Source: an uncultured Verrucomicrobiota bacterium (GTDB lineage Bacteria; Verrucomicrobiota; Verrucomicrobiia; Limisphaerales; CAIQOK01). From it: a stretch of 64,000 nucleotides of DNA. The stretch spans positions 52,460 to 116,459 of the forward strand of contig CAIQOK010000158.1 of NCBI GenBank assembly GCA_903873415.1. The letters run 5' to 3'. This document shows positions 9,378 through 19,157 of this stretch, one piece after another. The position numbers and the translations under genes were made by a program. The notes under the pieces are model-generated. The model saw nothing but the letters and a program-made list of their open reading frames with translations. It ran no database searches and was not told the DNA's origin. The stretch's first letter is position 1; each line of letters begins with the position of its first letter.

Positions 9378-10427
9378 TCAGCCCACGCCGATCCGCTTGC
9401 CCGCCTTGCGGCTCTGGTATTGGGCTTTGATCCACTTATAGGTCTCCGCCAACCCCTTGTTCAGGGTCGTGTCGGGCTCCCACTTCAGTGTTTGCTTGAT
9501 GAACGTATTGTCGCTGTTGCGCCCCGCCACCCCCTTGGGTGCGCCCAGATCATACTTGCGGCTCATCTTCACCCCCGCAATCTTTTCAATCTTCGAGAGC
9601 AGCTCGTTAATCGACACCAGCTCGCTTGAACCCAAATTGATCGGCGTGGCGATCAGCTCGTCGCTGTGCATGATTTTGTCTATGCCCAGAACACAGTCGT
9701 CGATATACATGAAGCTGCGGGTCTGCGAACCGTCACCCCAGATCATGATTTCCTTGCTTCCGGTGTCCTGAGCCTGAATGACTTTTCTGCACAGGGCGGC
9801 GGGGGCCTTCTCACGCCCCCCGTCCCAAGTGCCGTGCGGGCCGTAGACGTTGTGGAAGCGGGCGATGGCGGTTTTCATGCCCCGCTCGTGCCAATATTCC
9901 TCGCAGAACATCTCGGAGACGAGCTTCTCCCAGCCGTAACCGCGCTCCGCCATGGCAGGATACGCATCGGTCTCCTTGAGGGCCCGCACCTTGGGATCCT
10001 GCTGCAGCAGGGTGTTGTAGGCGCAAGCCGAGGAGGAAAAGAAATAGCGTCGGGCCCCGGCCTGGTAGGCAGCCTCGATCATGTGGGTGTTGATTAGGAT
10101 ACTTCGCAGGCATTCCACCCGGAACCGCTCGATGAACCCCATGCCGCCCATGTCAGCGGCCAGATTGTAAACCTCCACCGCCCCTTCACACACGCGTCGA
10201 CAGTTCAACTCCTGGCTCACATCCAGACAGAGATTCTCCACCCCGGGCACGTGAAGATACCATTCGTAGAGCGGTTTCTTGTCCACCGCGCGCAGGTTGG
10301 TGAAACCCTTTTTGTGAAAATAAAGGGCCAGATTGCCGCCGATAAACCCGCCGGCACCGGTGATGACAATCAGATCGCTTTTCTTAAGCGGAGCATCCTT
10401 CTCCACAATTCGCTTGGTCGCATGCAT
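9378..10427 (-). CDS. gme: GDP-mannose 3,5-epimerase (plant-type GME; SDR superfamily)
   Basis: ITGAGGFIGG Rossmann motif. NLAADMGGMGFI, SSACAY, GREKAPAALCRK, WGDGSQTRSF and GVAGRNSDN match my memory of Arabidopsis GME almost block for block. Confidence 0.88.
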   Translation of the reverse strand: MHATKRIVEKDAPLKKSDLIVITGAGGFIGGNLALYFHKKGFTNLRAVDKKPLYEWYLHVPGVENLCLDVSQELNCRRVCEGAVEVYNLAADMGGMGFIERFRVECLRSILINTHMIEAAYQAGARRYFFSSSACAYNTLLQQDPKVRALKETDAYPAMAERGYGWEKLVSEMFCEEYWHERGMKTAIARFHNVYGPHGTWDGGREKAPAALCRKVIQAQDTGSKEIMIWGDGSQTRSFMYIDDCVLGIDKIMHSDELIATPINLGSSELVSINELLSKIEKIAGVKMSRKYDLGAPKGVAGRNSDNTFIKQTLKWEPDTTLNKGLAETYKWIKAQYQSRKAGKRIGVG

Positions 10428-10702
10428 ATAAATTCAAATCCGATACAATGAACGCCTACCGGCTGAGCGGTGTTTCCAGCGCCAGACCTATTTGCCTAAC
10501 TCCAGAAAAATTAACGATGAAAAATTTTAGTCAAACCACCGGCGAAAAGGCAACCCAACAATCCGACACCGCAACAATGCGGACTGCTTTGGCCCATGCG
10601 CAAGGATCAATCGCAAGCCCCTTGGCGGCGGCGACCATGGTTCTGCGGCTTAGTCCCAAACCTCCGGTCCGAAAATCGTGATCCCGACCGCTCCGTTGGA
10701 GC

Positions 10703-11335
10703 CTATCTGGCCGCCGCACCGGCGATGCTCAGGGCCAGCTCGATTTCGTCCGACACCTTGTCCTCGGCCTGTCCAGGGTTGATGTTAAACTCGCTGCGTT
10801 TGATGGTGAAGTTAGAGCGGATCACAAGCAGATCACCCTTCATGTTCGGAACACGATTGCCCAGCTTGTCCTTGAGATAAGACAGTTTCACCGGGATAAT
10901 CAACTCTTTGGAAACATCCTTGCAAGTGAAGGAGCCCACAGCTTCGCCTGTCGTCACATCCCCGGAGGTCTTCAGATTGCGCAGTGCCTTCACCTCAAAG
11001 CTCAACTCAGGATACTTCGCCGCATGAATCCATTTCTCACCGTGCAGATGGCTGTTCATCATCGCGTTTGGCACAGTGATCGAGCTGCTGGCGATGACGA
11101 TCTTGCCCCGGGTATCAGCCGGCTTTTCGGGATCGAATAGGATTTTGCCCGTGATGCCGTTGGCGCTGCCGCTGATGGCTTCGAGGGGGGCATCGAGCTT
11201 GAATGCGGCATTGTTGACGCCTTTGGGGTCCTTGAAGTCGAACGATTGCGGGGCGGCCACCGCACTGAGAGTGAGCGCAGCGAGAGCAGCGACGGAGAAC
11301 ACATTGGTTTTCATCTTGTTTAGGCTTGGGATCAT
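10703..11335 (-). CDS. YceI-like periplasmic polyisoprenoid-binding family protein
   Basis: ATG at 11335 overlaps the upstream stop as ATGA; an alternative ATG is at 11314 (MKTNVF...). Signal peptide, then FDFKDPKGVNNAAFKLDAPLE, SSSITVPNAMMNSHL and KYPELSF are typical of YceI. The 306-aa track ORF is an over-extension. Confidence 0.85.
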   Translation of the reverse strand: MIPSLNKMKTNVFSVAALAALTLSAVAAPQSFDFKDPKGVNNAAFKLDAPLEAISGSANGITGKILFDPEKPADTRGKIVIASSSITVPNAMMNSHLHGEKWIHAAKYPELSFEVKALRNLKTSGDVTTGEAVGSFTCKDVSKELIIPVKLSYLKDKLGNRVPNMKGDLLVIRSNFTIKRSEFNINPGQAEDKVSDEIELALSIAGAAAR

Positions 11336-11592
11336 TTTGATTTTGTTTTTCTGGTTTGGAATAAAAAAGAGGCACCGGCAAATATTGCGGCAACCGTCCC
11401 GGAAGCCGCGAGAAAATCCATGCCTGGAACAAATTTCCTCTCGTAGACCACACCTTCGATGCCCGTGACCGGGTCCGCGCTTTTCAAGGGGATACTGTTT
11501 TTGGTCCAGCCGCGATTGGCTCCGGTGAGCACCCACACTCCAGCTGCCAGAAGCAGAGTCGCCAGACTTAACATCCTGAAAAGGTTTCGCAT
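11332..11592 (-). CDS. Small two-TM membrane protein (hypothetical)
   Basis: ATG at 11592, 18 nt after the pirin stop. Its TGA overlaps the YceI ATG (ATGA at 11332-11335). Two hydrophobic helices (LSLATLLLAAGVWVL; FLAASGTVAAIFAGASFLF). Confidence 0.55.
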   Translation of the reverse strand: MRNLFRMLSLATLLLAAGVWVLTGANRGWTKNSIPLKSADPVTGIEGVVYERKFVPGMDFLAASGTVAAIFAGASFLFQTRKTKSK

Positions 11593-11609
11593 GCCTGCTG
11601 TCAACCCGC

Positions 11610-12305
11610 TCAGTCCAGATCAAAGACCAGCACCTCGGAGGATTCGATGGCCTTGAGTTTCAAGTCCACCGGACCGCTGAGCGCCGCCGCGTCTCCAGCC
11701 TCAAGCCTTTGGCCGTTGAGTTCCACCCGCCCCGCCGCCACATGGACCCAGGCGTGGCGCCCGGAACGCTGGCCATGGCTGACGCTCTCGCCATTGGCCA
11801 GCTTCGCGAGGAAAAAATCCGCGTCTTGATTGATGGCAATCGACCCTTCCCGGCCCGAGCGGCTGGCCACCAAGGTCAAAGTGCCGGTGGCCGCCCGGGC
11901 AAAGGACTTCTCCGCATATCGAGGCTTGGCCCCTTTGTGATTCGGCTCAATCCAGATCTGCAGGAGATGGACCGGTGCGCTGTCTGAAGGGTTGAACTCA
12001 CTGTGCTGGATGCCCGTGCCGGCCGCCATATATTGAACCTCCCCAGCCCCGATCTTGCGGCCGTTGCCCATCGAGTCCTTGTGCTCCATCTCCCCGCTCA
12101 ACACATAGGTGAGAATCTCCATGTCCCGATGTGGATGGGTGCCAAACCCGCCGCCGGGCGCGACCACGTCGTCGTTGATGACGCGCAAGCTGCGGAACCC
12201 CATCCAGCGCGGATCATAATAGTCGGCAAAGGAAAAAGTGTAACGGGTGTTGAGCCAACCATAGTCGGCATGCCCCCGTTCGTTGGCTCTTCGCAGATTC
12301 AACAT
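11610..12305 (-). CDS. Pirin family protein
   Basis: ATG at 12305 gives MLNLRRANERGHADYGWLNTRYTFSFADYYDP, plus FGTHPHRDMEILTYVLSG (cupin metal ligands). Confidence 0.9.
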   Translation of the reverse strand: MLNLRRANERGHADYGWLNTRYTFSFADYYDPRWMGFRSLRVINDDVVAPGGGFGTHPHRDMEILTYVLSGEMEHKDSMGNGRKIGAGEVQYMAAGTGIQHSEFNPSDSAPVHLLQIWIEPNHKGAKPRYAEKSFARAATGTLTLVASRSGREGSIAINQDADFFLAKLANGESVSHGQRSGRHAWVHVAAGRVELNGQRLEAGDAAALSGPVDLKLKAIESSEVLVFDLD

Positions 12306-12684
12306 GGCAGCAGCATAGTGCGGGAAAAGATCGGGGCCAACACATTGTTTCCTGCGCACCCAGTGAGCGAGTATCGCCGGGCGCTGGAACCGGACACGCC
12401 GCTACCGACCTTTTCCATGAAGGACTTTCCCGAATGCCGAGGCCCGATTTCTTGTTCGGTCCGATGCGCTGCTGATCAGGCATGATGAAACATGGCAGTC
12501 CTGTCTCGACCACGATCACCGCCCGGGGAATCGTGGGGGACGATTGCCGCACCGGTTGCGTTTTTTAGATACAACAGGGTGGTGCTGAATGCTTTGAATT
12601 CAGCACTTGGGGTGCCAAGCGCGGGGGCCCCTCCCCCTCTGAAAAAAGGCGGCGCCCCCGGCAGTCAGCCCGGGAAATATCCGA

Positions 12685-13335
12685 TCAAATGACCCTCACC
12701 AGATCAGAGGTCTCGTAGCGCACCTTTGCAAGGGCGGCATACTTGTCGTCAGCCGCGCGATAACCCAGTGCGCAAGCCACCACGGTCTTATAGTCCCCGC
12801 CTTCCAACCCGAGAATCCGGTCATACTCAGCCGGATTGAGCCCCTCCAACGGACAGGTGTCGACCCCCAGCACGGCAGCGGCGGTCATGAGGTTGCCCAA
12901 GGCGATATAAGCCTGGCGTGCCGCCCATTCATGAGCAACCCGACCCCGAGGACCATTGACAATATCCCCGACCATCATGCCGCGGTACATGCTCAGCGCC
13001 TCGGCCGGGATGCCGCGGATCTGGGTGATGCGCTGGATGAGTTTGTCCACATCCGCCTCGGTCATTTTGGTGCGTGCGGTGAACACCACATAATGGGAGG
13101 AATCGGTGACCTGCGACTGGTTCCAGGAATGCGGCCGGAGGGCGGCGCGTTTGGCCGGGTCGGCCACAATCAGAAACTGGTAAGGCTGAAGGCCGTAGGA
13201 GGAAGGCGTGAGCACCAGGGTCTGCTCCAAGGCGGACCAGATGCCGGCGGGGATTTTTCTGGCGGCGTCAAACACCTTGGTGGCGTAGCGCCAGTTCAGG
13301 GCCTCGAGAATACGTTGATGTGATTCGTTGCTCAT
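12685..13335 (-). CDS. Nitroreductase-family NAD(P)H-dependent oxidoreductase
   Basis: ATG at 13335 (MSNESHQRILEALNWRYATKVF), with SSYGLQPYQFLIV and other nitroreductase-fold motifs. Confidence 0.85.
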   Translation of the reverse strand: MSNESHQRILEALNWRYATKVFDAARKIPAGIWSALEQTLVLTPSSYGLQPYQFLIVADPAKRAALRPHSWNQSQVTDSSHYVVFTARTKMTEADVDKLIQRITQIRGIPAEALSMYRGMMVGDIVNGPRGRVAHEWAARQAYIALGNLMTAAAVLGVDTCPLEGLNPAEYDRILGLEGGDYKTVVACALGYRAADDKYAALAKVRYETSDLVRVI

Positions 13336-13495
13336 AGTCGGTGAATGCTTAAAATTTCCGCCGCAAGCACCGGTTTCTTGAACCAACAGCCTGCGGACGC
13401 CCGCATCTTAACCTTTTCCATCGACGCGGTCCAAGACTTCGTCACTTTAAATTTGGAAAAAGACCATCCTACCGGCAAACTGCCGGGACAACCTG

Positions 13496-14854
13496 ATGAA
13501 CCGGCCTGGCCAAAAATCCCATCTCAAAGCACTCGACTATTCGGTCGTTCAGCAATGCATGCACTGCGGCCTCTGCCTGCCTTCCTGCCCGACTTATGAT
13601 GCGACCCAGCTCGAACGCCACAGCCCAAGGGGCCGAATAGCCCTGATGCGCGCCATCGCCGACGGCCAACTGGAGGCGACCAAAACTTTCGGTGAGGAGA
13701 TGTATTTCTGCCTGGGCTGTCTGGCGTGCCAAAGTGCCTGTCCCGCCGGTGTGAATTACGCGGAATTATTCGAGCGCGCCCGGGCCGATGTGGAAGGGAG
13801 CGGCGTGCTGCGCCATTCGAGGCGGAACCTCCTTCGCGCAGTGGCGCTGCGCTGGCTTTTTCTGGACTTGCGACGCCTGCGCCTGCTGGGCCGCCTGCTC
13901 AGACTCTACCAAGCCTTGGGGCTGCAGGCTCTGACCCGCCGGAGCGGTGTCTTAAAACTGCTCCCGGCCAGACTACGGGCGCTCGAAGCCCAGACCCCTC
14001 AAGTCCAACCCCGGTTTTCCGCGGATTTGATCCCGCCGCTCACTCCCGCGTCCGGTCGGAAAAGGTTTCGCGTGGTTCTGCTGACCGGTTGCGCCCAGGA
14101 CCTGATCTTCAGCGACATCAACCGCGACTCCGTGGAGGTGCTGGCTCGCAACGGTTGCGAGGTGGTCACCCCGGCAGAGCAGAACTGCTGCGGCTCGATT
14201 TTCGCGCATAACGGGGAATGGACGGCGGCCCAAACACTCGCACGCCGCAATCTTGACCAGTTCTCCCCGGACCAGTTTGACGCGATCATTTCCAACGCCG
14301 GCGGGTGCGGGTCGCACCTGAAGCATTTCTCCACACTGCTGGCGGATGATCCCGATTACCGCCAGCGGGCCGCACTCTGGGACAAAAAGGTCAAAGACCT
14401 ACACGAGTGGCTGGTGGAAATCAGGTTCCAATCTCCCACCGCCCCGATGACACGACATGCGCCGGCAACGGGAGCGGACAATCAGAATTCGGGATCACGC
14501 CGGCTGGTGACTTATCATGAATCCTGCCACCTCTGTCATGGCCAGAAAATAACGTCCCAGCCGCGCTCCGTGCTGCGATCCATTCCCGGCCTTCAGCTCG
14601 TGGAACTACCCGAAGCAACCTGGTGCTGCGGCAGCGCCGGGATCTACAACTTGATTCAACCCGAGATGGCCGACCAACTTCTGGAGCGCAAAATCAATCA
14701 TATCAAATCCACCGGAGCTCGCATCATCGCCACCGGCAACCCGGGGTGCCTGCTCCAACTGGTCAACGGTGCCCGGCAACGCGGGCTGGACCTGCGCGTG
14801 GCGCATCCCGTCACGCTGCTGGCCGAAGCGTATCGGCAGTCGGAATTAAGTTGA
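13496..14854 (+). CDS. (Fe-S)-binding protein, GlcF / heterodisulfide-reductase-like (2x4Fe-4S plus CCG domains)
   Basis: CMHCGLCLPSCP and CLGCLACQSACP ferredoxin motifs. C-terminal Cys-rich CCG-type repeats (NCCGS, WCCGSAG). Confidence 0.85.
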   Translation: MNRPGQKSHLKALDYSVVQQCMHCGLCLPSCPTYDATQLERHSPRGRIALMRAIADGQLEATKTFGEEMYFCLGCLACQSACPAGVNYAELFERARADVEGSGVLRHSRRNLLRAVALRWLFLDLRRLRLLGRLLRLYQALGLQALTRRSGVLKLLPARLRALEAQTPQVQPRFSADLIPPLTPASGRKRFRVVLLTGCAQDLIFSDINRDSVEVLARNGCEVVTPAEQNCCGSIFAHNGEWTAAQTLARRNLDQFSPDQFDAIISNAGGCGSHLKHFSTLLADDPDYRQRAALWDKKVKDLHEWLVEIRFQSPTAPMTRHAPATGADNQNSGSRRLVTYHESCHLCHGQKITSQPRSVLRSIPGLQLVELPEATWCCGSAGIYNLIQPEMADQLLERKINHIKSTGARIIATGNPGCLLQLVNGARQRGLDLRVAHPVTLLAEAYRQSELS

Positions 14855-14892
14855 AAACCCCCGCCCGCCACCCCTGAATATCCGCAACCGTT

Positions 14893-15543
14893 ATGCGAAC
14901 CAAAGCTCAAATCATCTCGATGCTTAAGAACCCAGGCATCATCGCCGTCGTCCGGGCGCAAAACCAGCAGCAAGTCCTGCCACTCTCCGCCGCTCTGCTG
15001 GCCGGCGGAGTGATTGCCATCGAAATCACCCTGACCACCCCCAACGCCATCGACGCCATCCGGGAAGCTCGCCATGAATTCGGCGACCGCGCTCTCATCG
15101 GCGTCGGCACGGTGCTGAACCGCGCCACCTGCCAGGCCGCGCTGGATGCCGGAGCGGAGTTTGTCGTCAGTCCCATCTGCCGCACCGAACTGGTGGGCCT
15201 GGCCCATGCGGCGCACCGCCCCATCATGCTCGGCGCCTACACCCCCACCGAGGCGCAGACCGCCCACGAGGCCGGCTCGGATTTCATCAAGATTTTCCCC
15301 GCCGATGGACTGGGGGTCGGCTACATTCGGTCCCTGCGCGCTCCGCTGCCTCATCTCCAAATGGTCCCGACCGGCGGGGTGGATCTGGACACTCTGGGGG
15401 ATTTTTTCAAGGCGGGCTGCGCCGCAGTCGGCGCCGGATCGTCACTGGTATCGACCGGGATTCTGCAAGCCGGGGCTTGGGAGGAGCTGACCGGGCGGGC
15501 GAAAGCGTTTGTGGCCGCGGCAGCTGCGGCGCGGGAGGCCTGA
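14893..15543 (+). CDS. eda: KDPG / 4-hydroxy-2-oxoglutarate aldolase
   Basis: IIAVVRA, AIEITLTTPNA, GVGTVLN, GAEFVVSP and IKIFPA are typical of Eda. Confidence 0.85.
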   Translation: MRTKAQIISMLKNPGIIAVVRAQNQQQVLPLSAALLAGGVIAIEITLTTPNAIDAIREARHEFGDRALIGVGTVLNRATCQAALDAGAEFVVSPICRTELVGLAHAAHRPIMLGAYTPTEAQTAHEAGSDFIKIFPADGLGVGYIRSLRAPLPHLQMVPTGGVDLDTLGDFFKAGCAAVGAGSSLVSTGILQAGAWEELTGRAKAFVAAAAAAREA

Positions 15544-15553
15544 CACCAATGGC

Positions 15554-16180
15554 ATGGAGCCGACCGCCTTCCATCTGCGACGCGCCACTGTGGATGACCT
15601 CAAGGCCCTGAGAGCACTTTGGGAGTCCATGCGCTTTGCCGTCCCCGAATTGGAGCCTCGCCTGACGGAATTCCAGGTGGCCGAGGATCCGGGCGGCAAA
15701 ATCGCCGGCACCATCGGGTTTCAAATGACGGGCCGGCAGGCGCTCATCCACGGCGAAGCCTTTGAGGACTTTTCGCTGGCCGAGACGATTCGACCCCTTT
15801 TCTGGCAACGCATTCACACCTTGGCCATGAACCATGGAATCGTGCGTTTGTGGACTCTGGAGAGCGCCCCGTTCTGGAACCGGCAGGGACTCATCCCCGC
15901 CACCTTGGGGGAGCTTCAGAAACTGCCACCGGCCTGGCCCTCAGAAGGGGTCCTCTGGCTGACGTTGCAACTGAAGAGTGAGGAGGCCTTCGCCTCGGCG
16001 GAAAAGGAGATAGAGCGGCTCCTGCGGGCGGAAAAGGCCCGCACAGCCCGCGCCCTGCGCCGGGCCACGCTGCTAAAAAACCTGGCCACCGCCGTGGCAA
16101 TAATTCTGGCCCTGTTCGTGGGCGCGGCGCTGGTCTATCTGCTGCGCCGCAGCCCAAGCTTCTCAGTGCACGGAAGGTAA
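15554..16180 (+). CDS. GNAT-like acetyltransferase with a C-terminal coiled-coil and TM anchor
   Basis: ATG at 15554 (MEPTAFHLRRATVDDLKAL). GNAT-like core, and a C-terminal TM segment LATAVAIILALFVGAALVYLL. It overlaps the lipA 3' end convergently by 18 nt. Confidence 0.6.
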   Translation: MEPTAFHLRRATVDDLKALRALWESMRFAVPELEPRLTEFQVAEDPGGKIAGTIGFQMTGRQALIHGEAFEDFSLAETIRPLFWQRIHTLAMNHGIVRLWTLESAPFWNRQGLIPATLGELQKLPPAWPSEGVLWLTLQLKSEEAFASAEKEIERLLRAEKARTARALRRATLLKNLATAVAIILALFVGAALVYLLRRSPSFSVHGR

Positions 16181-17047
16181 AGCAAACTCGTCGGCGTGAT
16201 AAGAACTGCGGACCATCGGACCGCTGGCGACATGCGCAAATCCCAAGCTCTCGGCGAAGGTTTTATAAGCCGCAAACCGGCCGGGTGGAACAAACTCCAC
16301 CACCGGCAGGTGCTTGAGGGTGGGCTGCAAATACTGGCCCAGTGTGAGAATGTCGCAAGCCGAAGTCCGCAGATCCCGCATGGCTTGAAAAAGCTCCGGC
16401 TCGGTTTCACCCAGGCCAAGCATCAGGCCTGATTTGGTGTGAATGGAGTGGCCGAGCCGGGCCTTCACCTTGGCCAGCACGCTGAGCGAACGGTCGTAGG
16501 TGGCCCGGTGCCGCACTTCGGGGGTGAGCCGACGCACCGTTTCCAGATTGTGATTGAAGACATGGGGCGCCGCAGCCAGAACGGTTTCAATGGCGGCATC
16601 ACTCTCGTTGAAATCAGGCACGAGCACTTCGATGACAATGCCGGGATTGAGCGAGCGCACCGCCTCAATGGTCTGACGGAAATGTCCAGCGCCGCCATCC
16701 TTCAAATCATCCCGGGCCACGGCGGTGATGACGACGTGCTTCAATTGCATCCGCCGCGTCGCCTCCGCCACGCGCATCGGCTCGTCCGTTTCGAGGGCGA
16801 GCGGTTTGGCGGTACTGACGGCGCAAAAGCCGCAGGCCCGGGTGCAGCGGTCGCCGGCGATCATAAAAGTGGCCGTGCCCTTACTCCAGCATTCCCAGTG
16901 GTTTGGGCACTTGGCGCTCTCGCAAACGGTGTGGAGCTTCAGTTCGCTGAGCAGGGAACGGGTACGGCCAAAGGTGTCGGCCGTGGGCAGCTTGATGCGC
17001 AGCCATTCCGGCAGCCGGGGACGGGCGGGAATTTCAGTCGTCGTCAT
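16163..17047 (-). CDS. lipA: Lipoyl synthase
   Basis: CESAKCPNHWEC and the radical-SAM motif CTRACGFC. Confidence 0.95.
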   Translation of the reverse strand: MTTTEIPARPRLPEWLRIKLPTADTFGRTRSLLSELKLHTVCESAKCPNHWECWSKGTATFMIAGDRCTRACGFCAVSTAKPLALETDEPMRVAEATRRMQLKHVVITAVARDDLKDGGAGHFRQTIEAVRSLNPGIVIEVLVPDFNESDAAIETVLAAAPHVFNHNLETVRRLTPEVRHRATYDRSLSVLAKVKARLGHSIHTKSGLMLGLGETEPELFQAMRDLRTSACDILTLGQYLQPTLKHLPVVEFVPPGRFAAYKTFAESLGFAHVASGPMVRSSYHADEFALPSVH

Positions 17048-17116
17048 TCAATTTTTTTCAACCAACCCTGCATATGGATAAAACATAACAACCGCCTTCC
17101 GACGCCTTTGGCCGAG

Positions 17117-17362
17117 TCAGTCGGCGGCTGGAATCGTTTTAAAAAAACCGGGCAGCTCTTCCGGCCCGAAGTCGGCCAGCACCCGCCCTTTGACCTCGAG
17201 AACAGGGGCCATTTCCTGCCCCGACAAGCGCATCATTTCATCGAAGGCCGCCGCGTCGGCAATCACATCCAGTTTCTCATATTGAATGTCGTGCTCGTCG
17301 AGCCAGCGGATGGCCTTGTGGCACCACCCGCAGTAGGGTTTGATAAAGAGGCGGATGTTCAT
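17117..17362 (-). CDS. Glutaredoxin-like protein
   Basis: ATG at 17362 gives MNIRLFIKPYCGWCHKAIRWL (CxxC active site). A GTG at 17380 would add 6 aa. Confidence 0.75.
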   Translation of the reverse strand: MNIRLFIKPYCGWCHKAIRWLDEHDIQYEKLDVIADAAAFDEMMRLSGQEMAPVLEVKGRVLADFGPEELPGFFKTIPAAD

Positions 17363-17457
17363 GGGCGTGGGATGAAACACGACGGCAACAGGTTTTTTAC
17401 TCGAAAGATGTCAGGCAGGCCACCCGCCACAAAGCGGCGGGAACCCAGCCCCGCGCT

Positions 17458-17841
17458 TCACCCCCCGATCTGCTTTAGATAATCCTCCGGCGAGAGCAGG
17501 GAGGCGAGTTCCGCCGCGTTGGCCGGCTTGATTTTATAAAACCAGCCCGCGCCATCCGGAGCGGTGTTCACCAGAGCCGGGTTATCCACAACGGCTTTGT
17601 TAACCTCGGTAATCTCGCCGCTGATCGGGGAATAGATGTCGCTGGCGGTTTTGACGGATTCGACCACCGCGCAGGCCTCACCTGCTTTGACATGCCGCCC
17701 CACCTCGGGAAGCTCGACAAACACCACATCGGTCAGTTCGTGTTGGGCATGGTCCGTGATGCCGACGGTGGCGGTGTCGCCGCTCAGGCGCAGCCATTCG
17801 TGGGATTTGGCGTATTTCAGATCGGAGGGAACATTGCTCAT
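17458..17841 (-). CDS. gcvH: Glycine cleavage system protein H
   Basis: [18 protein letters not shown] and the lipoyl-lysine motif [13 protein letters not shown]. Confidence 0.95.
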   Translation of the reverse strand: MSNVPSDLKYAKSHEWLRLSGDTATVGITDHAQHELTDVVFVELPEVGRHVKAGEACAVVESVKTASDIYSPISGEITEVNKAVVDNPALVNTAPDGAGWFYKIKPANAAELASLLSPEDYLKQIGG

Positions 17842-17970
17842 AAATTATGGGGGCAGGTTAAGGTTTGGGCCGGAATTCTCAAATTATTTTTCTGGAGCTC
17901 GTCCGTGGAATCATGATGGATGGAACGGGGGATGGCGCCGGAATGGGTTTGAATTCCTGCAATTCGCGCA

Positions 17971-19092
17971 TCACTTCCGGTAAATAGGCTTGGGCACCAC
18001 CGCCGCCGCAAAGCGCTTGCCCCGGATTTCAATCTCAATTTCCGTGTCTGGTTTGGCGAATTGCACCGGCACATATCCCATTCCAATGCCCAGATTCAAA
18101 CACGGACTTTGAGTGCCGCTGACCACCTCACCCACGTGGGCTCCATCGGCCCAGATCGGATAATGAGGTCTGGGCGGGGCTGACTTGCCGGTCATCTTGA
18201 AGGCGACGCATTTTCTGGTCACACCCGCAGCCTTTTGCCCGGCCAAAACCAGGCGACCGTTGAATTCGCCCTTGTCCAGAGACACAAAAAACCCCACCCC
18301 CGCCTCCAGCGGCGTGGTGTTCTCGTTGAGTTCATGTCCGTAAAGGGGATAGCAGACCTCGGTGCGCAGGGTGTCGCGCGCCCCCAAGCCGCAGGGCTTC
18401 AGCCCGAAGGGTTGCCCCTCTACCAACACCCGCTCCCAAACCTTGAGGATCGTCTCATCCCGGCCGATGATCTCAAACCCGTCCTCACCGGTATAACCGG
18501 TTCGCGAGACAAGGACGTCCCCATGATCGAATGGGAAGCCGCCTATCTGGTTTTTCTTAAGATCCGTGACGCATCCAACACGGGCGGCACAATTCGACGG
18601 GCCGGAGAGGCATCGATCCAAAAACTCTCGCACCCGCGGCCCCTGAACGGCCAGGGCGGCATAATTGTGCGACGAATTGAGAACGTCCAACCGCCCGCCC
18701 CCACCTGCCGCCTGCGCCTCCAACCACGCCATATCCACTTCGATTCGCGAGGCATTGATCACCAGCAAATAGACGCCCTGGGAGAGCTTGTAGGCGTAAA
18801 GGTCGTCGATGACACCGCCGCTTTCATTGCACATCAACGTGTATTGGCCCTCGCCCGGGGCGAGTTTCCGGATGTCGTTGGTCAGGATGCGGTTGAGAAA
18901 ACCCTCCGCCCCAACCCCGCTGACGGTGACTTCGCCCATGTGTGAGATATCGAAAACCCCGGCCGACTGGCGCACGGCCAGATGCTCGTCGGTGATGCTG
19001 GTGTATTGCACCGGCATTTCCCATCCGCCAAATTCGATGAGTTTGCCGCCCAGTTTCAGGTGCTCGGCGTGAAGGACGGTGCGTTTAAGCAT
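17971..19092 (-). CDS. gcvT: Glycine cleavage system aminomethyltransferase T
   Basis: ATG at 19092 gives MLKRTVLHAEHLKLGGKLIEFGGWEMPVQY, followed by VFDISHMG. The track ORF start at 19161 is an over-extension. Confidence 0.95.
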   Translation of the reverse strand: MLKRTVLHAEHLKLGGKLIEFGGWEMPVQYTSITDEHLAVRQSAGVFDISHMGEVTVSGVGAEGFLNRILTNDIRKLAPGEGQYTLMCNESGGVIDDLYAYKLSQGVYLLVINASRIEVDMAWLEAQAAGGGGRLDVLNSSHNYAALAVQGPRVREFLDRCLSGPSNCAARVGCVTDLKKNQIGGFPFDHGDVLVSRTGYTGEDGFEIIGRDETILKVWERVLVEGQPFGLKPCGLGARDTLRTEVCYPLYGHELNENTTPLEAGVGFFVSLDKGEFNGRLVLAGQKAAGVTRKCVAFKMTGKSAPPRPHYPIWADGAHVGEVVSGTQSPCLNLGIGMGYVPVQFAKPDTEIEIEIRGKRFAAAVVPKPIYRK

Positions 19093-19157
19093 GGAGAGAT
19101 TAAAAATGAAAACCGGCAAATTAAAAAGCCCAAATGCGAAGACAGCCGCCCTGCCCC

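Noticed and set aside
12582-12606. Perfect 9-bp hairpin GTGCTGAAT-N7-ATTCAGCAC, 80 nt downstream of the nitroreductase gene
   Set aside because: No U-tract on either strand. One or two such stems are expected by chance in a window of this size, so it is not called as a terminator.
19093-19157. Looked for a glycine riboswitch upstream of gcvT
   Set aside because: Only 65 nt separate gcvT from the mqnA stop. That is too short for a glycine aptamer, and no conserved core is visible.
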